Shown here one piece after another: positions 8,586 to 16,618 of a stretch of DNA of 64,000 bases (positions are counted from its first letter, which is position 1; each line of letters starts with the position of its first letter). Position numbers and translations under genes: made by a program. Location: positions 624-64,623 of IMG/VR virus record IMGVR_UViG_3300047440_000139; one strand, written 5' to 3'. The notes under the pieces are model-generated. The model did not search any database and had not been told where the DNA came from. It worked only from the letters and a program-made list of their open reading frames with translations. Origin of the DNA: a virus. Taxonomy: Duplodnaviria > Caudoviricetes.

Positions 8586-8894
8586 ATGAATGTCGAGCAG
8601 TCCTTCTATTCCAGGCCCGGACAACGCCAGGGCTCGCCGGGCATCCGCGTGGCCAGCCGGATCGAGAACCAGCTGACCGAGCTATACGTCACCGAGGAGA
8701 CGTTCAACCGGGCGGCGCATCTGGTCGACAGGCTGCAGCGGCGCGTTATCAGCCGCCGCCACTACCGCATCCTCGTGGCCATCATGATCGAGAACAGCCT
8801 CAGGACCGGGCAGGTGGAGGAGACAGAGCAGGTCATGCTCGTGCTGGCCAAGCTCTGGCGCAGCTGCCCGCAGCGGTACCTGACGTGGTGGTGA
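8586..8894 (+). CDS. Hypothetical protein
   Basis: 102-aa ORF, AAGGTG RBS, start of a run of overlapping ORFs. Confidence 0.65.
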   Translation: MNVEQSFYSRPGQRQGSPGIRVASRIENQLTELYVTEETFNRAAHLVDRLQRRVISRRHYRILVAIMIENSLRTGQVEETEQVMLVLAKLWRSCPQRYLTWW

Positions 8895-9115
8895 TCGACG
8901 ACTACCGGACGGCGGTCCAGCGCATCGTCCGCATCCTCCAGGCCGATCCCTCCGAGCGGTTCCCGGGTGACATCGAGGGCCAGCGTCACATCGCCAAGTC
9001 CGTCGACGCCTACCGCGCAGCGGTCACCGAACTGGTGCTGGCGGGGAACCTGAACATGGACCAGGGAGCCGAACTGATGGCCATGGTGGATCGCATTGTC
9101 GAGGAGATGAGATGA
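8885..9115 (+). CDS. Hypothetical protein (paralog of next ORF)
   Basis: Overlaps neighbours; shares DAYRA...QG..L...D.IV with 9112-9327. Confidence 0.7.
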   Translation: MVVIDDYRTAVQRIVRILQADPSERFPGDIEGQRHIAKSVDAYRAAVTELVLAGNLNMDQGAELMAMVDRIVEEMR

Positions 9116-9327
9116 CCGTCCCCATGATCCTCTCCACCGACATCCTGCACTCCACGAAGTTTCACGGTCGGGGATCCTCGGCGGTCTATCGCGCCCGCGT
9201 GGCCGCCAACCCCGACGCCTACCGCGCCGAGGTGGTCAGGGTGGTGATGGAGGGCGCGTTCACCACCGAGCAAGGCCAGCGCCTGCACGACATCATCGAC
9301 GCCATCGTGGCCGGAGGAGAACCCTGA
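9112..9327 (+). CDS. Hypothetical protein (paralog of previous ORF)
   Basis: ATGA overlap, GGAG RBS, shared motif. Confidence 0.7.
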   Translation: MTVPMILSTDILHSTKFHGRGSSAVYRARVAANPDAYRAEVVRVVMEGAFTTEQGQRLHDIIDAIVAGGEP

Positions 9328-9581
9328 TGCCTGGAGCCGTCATCGTCATCATCGCCGACGTGCCTGACCCCCTGGCGGGCCAGCGCGAACTGGTCGAGGA
9401 GTTCGAGAGCCTGCTGCTGGCCCTCGACGTCCACGCCATCACGCGGCCGGGCTGGGATCGCTTCAAGTCGATCCTGGCCATGGCCACCATCGAGGCGGGC
9501 AACGCCGAGGCAGGCCAGCAGGGCTACGAGAAGGCCCTGGCCCAGTGGAAGGTGAGCCGCTGGTACGACGGGGATGACTGA
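9327..9581 (+). CDS. Hypothetical protein
   Basis: TGATG coupling at both ends, GGAGGAG RBS. Confidence 0.7.
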   Translation: MPGAVIVIIADVPDPLAGQRELVEEFESLLLALDVHAITRPGWDRFKSILAMATIEAGNAEAGQQGYEKALAQWKVSRWYDGDD

Positions 9582-9829
9582 TGTCCGTGCCCGAGGAACT
9601 CTGGAACCAGATCGCCTACCAGCACCGCATCAGCACGCTGGCCAACCGCGTGCGCATGCCCTGGCCGCTGACCTGCGCCCTGGACGACGTGATCGAGTAC
9701 CGGGCCCACCTCGTGCTGTTCCGGCTGCACAACGAGATCGCCGAGTTCATGTTCGACGAGGGCATGGCCTGGGCGGCCGCGATGGAGGAGCGCATCGCAT
9801 TACGCCACCGGGGCAGGCTATTCGCCTAG
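9581..9829 (+). CDS. Hypothetical protein
   Basis: TGATG coupling; LDDVIEYRAHLVLFRL motif similar to ORFs at 26.9-27.4 kb. Confidence 0.7.
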   Translation: MSVPEELWNQIAYQHRISTLANRVRMPWPLTCALDDVIEYRAHLVLFRLHNEIAEFMFDEGMAWAAAMEERIALRHRGRLFA

Positions 9830-9912
9830 GGTATAGCCCTACCCAGCGGCTACACCGTGGACAGGCGTCCCACGGTTACGCTAAACGGTGAAGCCTGAAA
9901 GGACCAAAGCCC

Positions 9913-10140
9913 ATGACAGCCACCTCCAAGATCACCGGCAAGCCCAAGGCCCGGCGCGGCTTCGCAGCCATGGACCCCGAGAAGCGCCGCGAGATCGCGC
10001 GCAAGGGCGGCGCGGCCACCCGGCCCGAGAACCGATCGTTCGCGAAGAACCGGGAACTGGCTGCGGAAGCAGGCAGAAAAGGGGGAGAAGCCTCGCGCGG
10101 CGGCGGCCGCAGCCGGAAGTACAAGCCGGAGCGCGACTGA
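9913..10140 (+). CDS. KGG-repeat general stress protein
   Basis: RGFAAMDPEKRREIARKGG...FAKNRELAAEAGRKGGEAS; AAGGA RBS. Confidence 0.88.
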   Translation: MTATSKITGKPKARRGFAAMDPEKRREIARKGGAATRPENRSFAKNRELAAEAGRKGGEASRGGGRSRKYKPERD

Positions 10141-10439
10141 TGGCCACCATTCCTGACCTGCGCAAGCGCCTGCTGGCGGTGGCCGACCGGCTGCCGTTCG
10201 CGGGCCTGCCCGAGCGCGTCGCCCTGGCCAAGGAACTGCGCGACATCGAGGCGCAGATGTACCGGCGGCCCTACGTCCGCAAGGCCCCGGCGTCCGCCAA
10301 CCACATGACCCCGGCCCTGGAGAAGCGCATCCGCCGCTACGCCTGGGTCCACCCCGACATGACCTATCAGGAGATCGGCACCCACTTCGGCGTCAACTCG
10401 GGACGCGTGTCCGAGGTGCTGGCAGGAAAGCGCGCGTGA
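10140..10439 (+). CDS. HTH domain protein
   Basis: C-terminal PDMTYQEIGTHFGVNSGRVSEVLAGK; TGATG coupling. Confidence 0.75.
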   Translation: MATIPDLRKRLLAVADRLPFAGLPERVALAKELRDIEAQMYRRPYVRKAPASANHMTPALEKRIRRYAWVHPDMTYQEIGTHFGVNSGRVSEVLAGKRA

Positions 10440-10684
10440 TGACCGACCTGAACACCCCCCTGCCCAGCATCCTCGATCACATCGAGGACGAGGTGATGAA
10501 GCTGGTCGAGTTCGAGGCATCGCCCGCCTTCATCGAGAGCCCAACCCCGCCGGACAGCCTGATCATGCTGTCCATCTGCGTCAGCCTGCGACGCATCGCC
10601 GACGCCTTGGGCGGCAACGACGAGGAGTACGGCATCCAGCAGATGCTGGCCGACTACTGGGCAGATCGAGAGGCCAAGTCATGA
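10436..10684 (+). CDS. Hypothetical acidic protein
   Basis: Overlapping start and stop with both neighbours. Confidence 0.65.
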   Translation: MMTDLNTPLPSILDHIEDEVMKLVEFEASPAFIESPTPPDSLIMLSICVSLRRIADALGGNDEEYGIQQMLADYWADREAKS

Positions 10685-10968
10685 TCACCCACGCCATCCC
10701 CGACATGCTGTGCCCGGCCTGCGGCCACCACTTCACCCACGCCGCCCCGGCCGACGACAGCACCACCGCCCCGGAGCCGGGCGACATCACCGTCTGCATC
10801 CGCTGCGCCAGCCTGATGGTGTTCGGTGACGACATGCGCCTGCGTCTGCCGACGCCTGCCGAGGACGCCGAGTGCAGGGCCATGAGCGACGTCATGGAGG
10901 CGACGCAGGCCATCCGCGACCTGAACGCCGAGCACACGCCGCCGGAGGGCAAGGTTGGCCACGTCTAG
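10681..10968 (+). CDS. Zinc-ribbon hypothetical protein
   Basis: CPAC...PEPGDITVCIRC; ATGA overlap. Confidence 0.7.
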   Translation: MITHAIPDMLCPACGHHFTHAAPADDSTTAPEPGDITVCIRCASLMVFGDDMRLRLPTPAEDAECRAMSDVMEATQAIRDLNAEHTPPEGKVGHV

Positions 10969-11335
10969 GACGACCATCAACGCCGACCTGAGCGAGATGC
11001 TGGAGATGCTGGTGCGCATCTCCATGCCCGAGGCCCTGCGATCCATGTGGGAGGGCCGCGAGGGCGCCCAGGACCACGTCGACGCCCTGCGCGCCGAGAC
11101 CATCCGGCTGCGCCTCACCGGCGAGCTTCCCGAGCACCTGTGCGTCAAGGTGCTGGACCGCTGCGACCAGCGTGAAGCTGTCTTGCAAGCGTCACCGACC
11201 CAGGCCACAACTTCACTGTTCAAACCCACTGGAGACCTGAGCGATGTCCGAGACCGATACGCCCGCCACCGAGACCCCCGCCACCGAGACCCCCGCCACC
11301 GAGACCCCCGTCACGATCCCCGATCCCGCGCCTGA
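10955..11335 (+). CDS. Hypothetical protein (3' part overlaps the acidic peptide ORF)
   Basis: Typical codon usage in the 5' part only; end uncertain. Confidence 0.5.
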   Translation: MATSRTTINADLSEMLEMLVRISMPEALRSMWEGREGAQDHVDALRAETIRLRLTGELPEHLCVKVLDRCDQREAVLQASPTQATTSLFKPTGDLSDVRDRYARHRDPRHRDPRHRDPRHDPRSRA

Positions 11336-11381
11336 GGCCGACGCTCCCGGGTCCGATGACCCGGAGCCCGACGCCGCCTGA
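11244..11381 (+). CDS. 45-aa acidic Pro/Thr-rich peptide
   Basis: GGAG RBS; MSETDTPATETPATETPATETPVTIPDPAPEADAPGSDDPEPDAA; stop codon overlaps palindrome copy 4. Confidence 0.6.
   Translation: MSETDTPATETPATETPATETPVTIPDPAPEADAPGSDDPEPDAA
11262..11309 (+). repeat. 15-bp tandem repeat, three units
   Basis: CCCGCCACCGAGACC repeated three times. Confidence 0.9.
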
Positions 11382-11397
11382 TTACCCCGGGGTAAAC
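11380..11397. repeat. 18-bp palindrome copy 4 (one mismatch)
   Basis: GATTACCCCGGGGTAAAC; abuts another inverted repeat ACGTGAGCCCGGCG/CGCCGGGCTCACGT (11396-11425). Confidence 0.92.
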
Positions 11398-11499
11398 GTG
11401 AGCCCGGCGGTCGCCGGGCTCACGTCGCCCGAAAATGGCCATTGTAAGGCTTCCGTGGCCCTGCTACGGTTAAGTCTTATCCAACCAGAGGGGCTACTC

Positions 11500-12177
11500 A
11501 TGCGACTTCTCAAGACCCTGGCGTTCGCCGCCGCCGCGCTCAGCGTGGCGTTCTCGGCCCACGCCGTGACCTTCTCCTTCGCCCCGGGCTCCGACACCCC
11601 CGGCTCCGGCTATTCCCCGACCACCGGCTTCGTGGTCATCGACGACTTCAACCAGCTGTCCGACCTGAGCCCGTTCAGCGGCTCCGGCTTTGGCCTGCTC
11701 GGCCCCGGCAGCGACCCCTCTGGCGCGGACCCGGCCTTCCCGACCACCAACAACACCACCTATCTCTCGGTGCTCGGCGGCGGCTCGGCCACGGCCAACT
11801 TCGTGAACCCCTACAGCGGGTCGTTCCAGTTCGACTGGGGGTCGATCGACACCTACAACACCCTGACCATCCACCGCACCTCGGGCATCGACTTCGTGAT
11901 CAACGGCGGTCTGTTCCCCCCGGCGAACGGTGACCAGGGCGCCAGCGCCACCAACGGCGTGTTCACCGTCAACGCGGCGGGCGACTTCCTGACCGGCTTC
12001 ACCCTGACGTCGGGCCAGAACTCGTTCGAGATCGACAACTTCGCGGTGCGCGGCGGCATCAACCCGCTGACCGGCGGCGGCGTGCCGGAACCGGCGACCT
12101 GGGCGTTCATGATCATGGGCTTCGGTGGGGCGGGCTCCGTGCTCCGTCGCCGCCGCTCGGTGCTCGCCGCCATCTGA
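11500..12177 (+). CDS. PEP-CTERM (PEPxxWA-CTERM) exosortase-sorted surface protein
   Basis: Signal peptide ending SAHA; FDWGSIDTYN and SFEIDNFAV beta domain; C-terminal VPEPATWAFMIMGFGGAGSVLRRRR. Confidence 0.92.
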   Translation: MRLLKTLAFAAAALSVAFSAHAVTFSFAPGSDTPGSGYSPTTGFVVIDDFNQLSDLSPFSGSGFGLLGPGSDPSGADPAFPTTNNTTYLSVLGGGSATANFVNPYSGSFQFDWGSIDTYNTLTIHRTSGIDFVINGGLFPPANGDQGASATNGVFTVNAAGDFLTGFTLTSGQNSFEIDNFAVRGGINPLTGGGVPEPATWAFMIMGFGGAGSVLRRRRSVLAAI

Positions 12178-12209
12178 GGACTTACCCACCTCGGACCGGC
12201 GACCATCGG

Positions 12210-12241
12210 AAGCCCGCCAGCCCACATCTGGCGGGCTTTTC
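12210..12241. terminator. Terminator between convergent genes
   Basis: AAGCCCGCCAG-CCCACAT-CTGGCGGGCTT followed by TT. Confidence 0.75.
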
Positions 12242-12246
12242 GATGC

Positions 12247-12366
12247 CTACTTCTTCCCGAACGGGTTCTGCTTGCGGTCGGCCGCCTTGTCCTTGGCCGA
12301 CCCCTCCTTCATCCCCTTGTCCTTGTCCGCGCCGGACTTCTCGAACGGCTTGAAGGGCTTCTTCAT
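12247..12366 (-). CDS. 39-aa Lys-rich peptide
   Basis: MKKPFKPFEKSGADKDKGMKEGSAKDKAADRKQNPFGKK; TGATG-coupled to the upstream ORF. Confidence 0.65.
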   Translation of the reverse strand: MKKPFKPFEKSGADKDKGMKEGSAKDKAADRKQNPFGKK

Positions 12367-12536
12367 CAGGCAACTCCGAGGCGCTGGATCACGAGGATCA
12401 GGACGACGACGAGGGCGGCCACCGGGATGGCCCACTTGAGCCACGCGAAGGGCGGCGCGGCCGGGATGTAGTAGGCGATGCCGACGGCGATGCCGACAAT
12501 GACCATCATCACGATGGCGAACACCAGCAGGGACAT
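12366..12536 (-). CDS. 56-aa two-transmembrane protein
   Basis: AGGAGG RBS; MSLLVFAIVMMVIVGIAVGIAYYIPAAPPFAWLKWAIPVAALVVVLILVIQRLGVA. Confidence 0.75.
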   Translation of the reverse strand: MSLLVFAIVMMVIVGIAVGIAYYIPAAPPFAWLKWAIPVAALVVVLILVIQRLGVA

Positions 12537-12602
12537 GGGCGGGTCCTCCTGGCGGGCACCCTACGCCTGCACACGTCCCTGGCAAAGCTTCACAGTTACC
12601 GC

Positions 12603-12632
12603 TTGACGAGCCCCCGCGCGATGGGTACCCAT
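12603..12632 (+). promoter_or_regulatory. Possible promoter for RNA-2
   Basis: TTGACG-17 nt-TACCCA; the -10 lies in the 12-bp palindrome ATGGGTACCCAT. Confidence 0.4.
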
Positions 12633-12945
12633 GGTGAAGCCATGAGGCGCTTGCGCCGACGGTTCGGGGTGGTGGCCGTGATTAGCCCTCGCGGTCGCCA
12701 CCCCGTCGAGCTTAGCGACCCTGCCCGCGCTGGGGAGAGCGTGCGAGGGGTCGAACGAAGGACGTGACCACGGCCCCGACCGAAGGGACACGCGACCCTC
12801 GAACTTCCCCCGGTGGATGGTTGGACACGCCGCCGGGGGTTTTGGGTAGACCGCTGCGGAGCCACGCCCTCTGCACCCCCCGGTCTCGCGGGGGCGTTGG
12901 ACGGACTGGCCAAACAGTCCCGTTCGCAGCGGTCTTCCCAAGACC
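12630..12945 (+). ncRNA. Putative multi-stem non-coding RNA (RNA-2, about 320 nt)
   Basis: 17-bp stem 12665-81/12689-705 with 3 G-U pairs; stem 12716-53; stem 12807-16/12830-39; long stem 12840-58/12925-43 enclosing two hairpins; no credible ORF. Confidence 0.7.
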
Positions 12946-12946
12946 A

Positions 12947-12964
12947 GTTTACCCCGGGGTAAAC
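12947..12964. repeat. 18-bp palindrome copy 5
   Basis: Exact; directly after RNA-2, 22 nt before ATG 12987. Confidence 0.97.
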
Positions 12965-12986
12965 CCCCATATGCAGGACGCCTCTG

Positions 12987-13193
12987 ATGCGCGTTGAGAC
13001 CGTCACCCACCGCCGCATCGGCGCTATGGGCTACCCGACCGCCGTGTGGATGGTGTGGGAGGCCGTGCCGGGCACCACGCCCTTCGCCGTGGCCTTCTAC
13101 GAGCGCGAGCGCGCCGCCGCCTGGGCAGCCGCCGCCCCGCACCGGCACCTCAAGGCCGCCCCCACCCAGATCAAGGACGCGTGCGCATCATGA
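12987..13193 (+). CDS. Hypothetical protein
   Basis: AGGA RBS; ATGA overlap with the next ORF. Confidence 0.65.
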   Translation: MRVETVTHRRIGAMGYPTAVWMVWEAVPGTTPFAVAFYERERAAAWAAAAPHRHLKAAPTQIKDACAS

Positions 13194-13396
13194 GCGTGGT
13201 CACCGAGGCCCTGGTGGCCGAGTACATCCGCAAGCGCAACCAGATGGACGGCGCGTCCAAGCGGCTGGTCTACGCCCAGTCCCAGATGGCGCTGGAGGGC
13301 AAGCTGCTGGCCGAGTACCGCGCCGACGTGAACCTGCTGGCCGAGGCCATCACCCAGAGCGGCGGGACCATCCCGCCCGAGGAGCCGGAAACCTGA
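13190..13396 (+). CDS. Hypothetical protein
   Basis: MSVVTEALVAEYIRK..., ATGA overlap. Confidence 0.65.
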   Translation: MSVVTEALVAEYIRKRNQMDGASKRLVYAQSQMALEGKLLAEYRADVNLLAEAITQSGGTIPPEEPET

Positions 13397-13397
13397 C

Positions 13398-13550
13398 ATG
13401 GAAGAAACCGCTGAGATCAGGCTGGAGCAGTTCGCCGCCGCCATGGAGGCCGAGAGCGCGGAGATGATCCCGCCCTCGTACCAGACGCCACAGGCCACGC
13501 AGTTCATCGCCGACATCCGAGAGGTGCTGGCCAAGCTGGCCGCGACCTGA
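13398..13550 (+). CDS. Small hypothetical protein (50 aa)
   Basis: Manual translation MEETAEIRLEQFAAAMEAES...; GGAG RBS; TGATG coupling. Confidence 0.6.
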   Translation: MEETAEIRLEQFAAAMEAESAEMIPPSYQTPQATQFIADIREVLAKLAAT

Positions 13551-13816
13551 TGGCCCGCACGCTCGACCTGAGCCTGAGCGCCCGGCGCATCGAGCAGGGA
13601 AAATATTGGCTCTGGGACATGGAGTGCCCGACCGAGGTGATGGCCGCCTTCGAGCGGTCCCTGGCGCGGCGCGGCCACATGCTCCAGCGTGACGGCGACC
13701 TGCTGGTCGGCTGGGTCATCGAGCAGTCGCTGGTGAGGGGCGACTTCGGGATGGTCAGCCAGATGCGGGTCGCGCTGGAGGAACTCGGGTGGCATCCGTC
13801 GACCGACACACCCTGA
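13550..13816 (+). CDS. Hypothetical protein
   Basis: Translationally coupled 88-aa ORF. Confidence 0.65.
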   Translation: MARTLDLSLSARRIEQGKYWLWDMECPTEVMAAFERSLARRGHMLQRDGDLLVGWVIEQSLVRGDFGMVSQMRVALEELGWHPSTDTP

Positions 13817-14010
13817 CCCCTCGCACCCCGCCCGGCCAGCCCGTGGCCTTCGTCGCGAACCTGCCGCTGGACTGGATGGAGGCGATGGCCTGGAGCGACG
13901 CCGAGGCCAAGGTCGCGGGACATGCGCAGCTGGAACTGCTGCGGGCGTGGAAGGTGAAGATGGCCCTGATCCACGGGTCCTGGGTGATGGACGAACTCCC
14001 CGACTTCTAA
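13789..14010 (+). CDS. Hypothetical protein
   Basis: 73-aa ORF with GGAGG upstream; ends before the promoter. Confidence 0.6.
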   Translation: MASVDRHTLTPRTPPGQPVAFVANLPLDWMEAMAWSDAEAKVAGHAQLELLRAWKVKMALIHGSWVMDELPDF

Positions 14011-14032
14011 ACTGGTGACGCGTTCTTTGGAC

Positions 14033-14074
14033 TTGACATGCCGATAACAAAGTCGTATACTTGGTATACAGTTA
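14033..14074 (+). promoter_or_regulatory. Sigma70-type promoter P1
   Basis: TTGACA-17 nt-TATACT, followed by ACAGTT shared with P2 and P3. Confidence 0.85.
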
Positions 14075-14103
14075 GGGATTGTCCCTGAACTGGCCCCGGG
14101 ACC

Positions 14104-14121
14104 GTTTACCCCGGGGTAAAC
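14104..14121. repeat. 18-bp palindrome copy 6
   Basis: Exact; 22 nt before ATG 14144. Confidence 0.97.
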
Positions 14122-14143
14122 CCACCAAGGAGCCTTGAGCCAC

Positions 14144-14287
14144 ATGGCCAAGCACAGCGACTACCCGAAGGGCAAGACCACCCACCGCGACCCGCAGCCC
14201 GCCCCCAAGGCGGACTGGAAGCGCGACCGCTGGGAACAGCGCAACGCCAAGACCATCGCCCGCCGCAACGTGACGGGGGGGTTCTGA
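14144..14287 (+). CDS. Small basic protein (47 aa)
   Basis: AAGGAG RBS; MAKHSDYPKGKTTHRDPQPAPKADWKRDRWEQRNAKTIARRNVTGGF. Confidence 0.7.
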   Translation: MAKHSDYPKGKTTHRDPQPAPKADWKRDRWEQRNAKTIARRNVTGGF

Positions 14288-14496
14288 TGTCCCTCGCCTA
14301 CAGAAGCCTCGGCCACCAGCTGCAAGGCCGCTGGGTGAGCGCGCCGCTCGACGTGGACGTGATCCACACCGTGTACGAGCCCGGCGTGTTCGCCTACCTC
14401 GCCCTGGCCGACGGCAAGCCCGACGCCCACTGGCGTGCCCATCTGCTGTTCAAGCGGCAGGACGAGATCACCCAGGCCCGCCGGGAGGTGCGCTGA
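14287..14496 (+). CDS. Hypothetical protein
   Basis: TGATG coupling at both ends. Confidence 0.65.
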   Translation: MSLAYRSLGHQLQGRWVSAPLDVDVIHTVYEPGVFAYLALADGKPDAHWRAHLLFKRQDEITQARREVR

Positions 14497-14570
14497 TGCG
14501 AACCTGGGCCATCATCATCGGCTTCTGGCTGATCTGCTTCCTGATCGTCTTCGCGTCGAAGGGAGCTTGA
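14496..14570 (+). CDS. 24-aa single-TM peptide
   Basis: GGAGG RBS; MRTWAIIIGFWLICFLIVFASKGA. Confidence 0.5.
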   Translation: MRTWAIIIGFWLICFLIVFASKGA

Positions 14571-14572
14571 CC

Positions 14573-15171
<599 letters not shown>

Positions 15172-15172
<1 letters not shown>

Positions 15173-15504
15173 TGAACATCCAAGACATCCGAGCCCTGGC
15201 GGGCTGCATCTACCGCAACAGTCCCGGCGGCCATGAGCCGCCGGGGAGGATCGAGGCGTGGGTCTCGTTCGTCGAGGAACTGGCCGACGAGATCGGCCGC
15301 CGCAACCGGGGCTGGCAGCCTGACGCGAGCCGTGACGACTACATGGTGACGGATCACAGGTTCAACGCCGAGGTGTTCGCCGGGGCGTGCGAGGGCCGGG
15401 GCAGCTACAGCCTGTCCGACCCCGAGGAGAACACCGAAAGCTGGGAGAACGAGGTGCTCGACCCGATCTTCACCAGCCCGGTCGTGCTCGGGAGCGACGT
15501 CTGA
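15172..15504 (+). CDS. Hypothetical protein
   Basis: MNIQDIRALAG..., TGATG coupling. Confidence 0.65.
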
Positions 15505-15587
15505 TGTTCGACTACGCCGGACCCTACCTCATCATCGGCCTGATCACCCTGGTGGTGCTGGCCAAGCTCGCGGAGATTTTCCAGTGA
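15504..15587 (+). CDS. 27-aa single-TM peptide
   Basis: MFDYAGPYLIIGLITLVVLAKLAEIFQ; coupled on both sides. Confidence 0.5.
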   Translation: MFDYAGPYLIIGLITLVVLAKLAEIFQ

Positions 15588-15826
15588 CCCACGACGAGAT
15601 CATGCAGATGCAGGCCGCGCCCACCCGCGACCTGTCCGTCCACGAACAGTGGGCCCGACGACAGGCGTGGCGGGACGTCGAGGACCCGCACGACGTCGAG
15701 GCGTGGGGCGTGGCCTATGAGAAGTACGTCGAGATCGCCCGCAGCCCGGCCTCTCCGTCGCTGCGGCGCGACTGGAAGGAACGGCTGGGTGATTTCCTGG
15801 GCTCGATGACCGATGGTGACGCATGA
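15584..15826 (+). CDS. Hypothetical protein
   Basis: GTGA and ATGA overlaps. Confidence 0.65.
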   Translation: MTHDEIMQMQAAPTRDLSVHEQWARRQAWRDVEDPHDVEAWGVAYEKYVEIARSPASPSLRRDWKERLGDFLGSMTDGDA

Positions 15827-16146
15827 CCGAGATCACCAAACCGTTCCTGCCGGTGGTCAACGAGCCCGCCGTCAAGCGCAACCCCGAGCACTGGCCTGCG
15901 ATGGTCAGCGGGTTCCTCGCCTGCGGCTACGGCGGCGAGAAGACCCGCATCGAGGAGGAGCGCAAGCGCGATCCCTCGGGGCAGGAGCACGCCCCGCCGC
16001 ACTACTGCTACCAGCTGGCGGTGGCGTGGTGCGGCAAGATCGACGACCACGAGAGCGCCTACTTCCTGATGCCGCGAGGCTCGTTCAGGGACAGCGCGCT
16101 CGACCGGTCGGCCAAGGGGCTTGCCCCGAAGGGAGGTGCAGCGTGA
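15823..16146 (+). CDS. Hypothetical protein
   Basis: 107 aa, overlaps both neighbours. Confidence 0.65.
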   Translation: MTEITKPFLPVVNEPAVKRNPEHWPAMVSGFLACGYGGEKTRIEEERKRDPSGQEHAPPHYCYQLAVAWCGKIDDHESAYFLMPRGSFRDSALDRSAKGLAPKGGAA

Positions 16147-16568
16147 GCGTAGCGGAGAGGTTCTGGTCGAAGGTCGACGTGCGTGGGCCTGACGAGTGCT
16201 GGCCGTGGATGGGACGCACGGACGACGGCGGCTATGGTCGCTTCACCGTGGGCCGTGGGAACGTCGTGGCTTCCAGGGTTGCGTGGGAGCTTCACAATGG
16301 ACGGTCGCTGCCGGAAGGCCAGAAAGCCCTGCACTCCTGCGACAACCCGCCCTGCATGAACCCCGCTCACCTCTGGGCTGGGACGCAGGCCGAGAACGTC
16401 GCTGACGCCGTGTCCAAAGGGCGAGCGCCTCAGTTCGTCAGGCGGTCGCATTGTAAGCGTGGCCACGAGAGAACCGAGGCCAACATCTACGTCACACCTA
16501 ACGGCAAGCGACAATGTCGTGCCTGCCAGTGCTTGGCGCGGACCCAGTATAACAACCGTAACCGTTAA
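16143..16568 (+). CDS. HNH homing endonuclease
   Basis: RFWSKVD...ECWPW...GYG...RVAWEL...LHSCDNPPCMNPAHLWAGTQAENVAD plus HCKRGH...RQCRAC. Confidence 0.9.
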   Translation: MSVAERFWSKVDVRGPDECWPWMGRTDDGGYGRFTVGRGNVVASRVAWELHNGRSLPEGQKALHSCDNPPCMNPAHLWAGTQAENVADAVSKGRAPQFVRRSHCKRGHERTEANIYVTPNGKRQCRACQCLARTQYNNRNR

Positions 16569-16578
16569 TCGATCAGCC

Positions 16579-16596
16579 GTTTACCCCGGGGTAAAC
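16579..16596. repeat. 18-bp palindrome copy 8
   Basis: Exact; 22 nt before ATG 16619. Confidence 0.97.
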
Positions 16597-16618
16597 GAAA
16601 CCAGCGAAGGGACTATCA

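Noticed and set aside
12596-13148. ORFs called across the RNA-2 region
   Set aside because: No RBS, atypical codon usage and Arg/Pro/Gly-rich translations; the pairing pattern explains the sequence better
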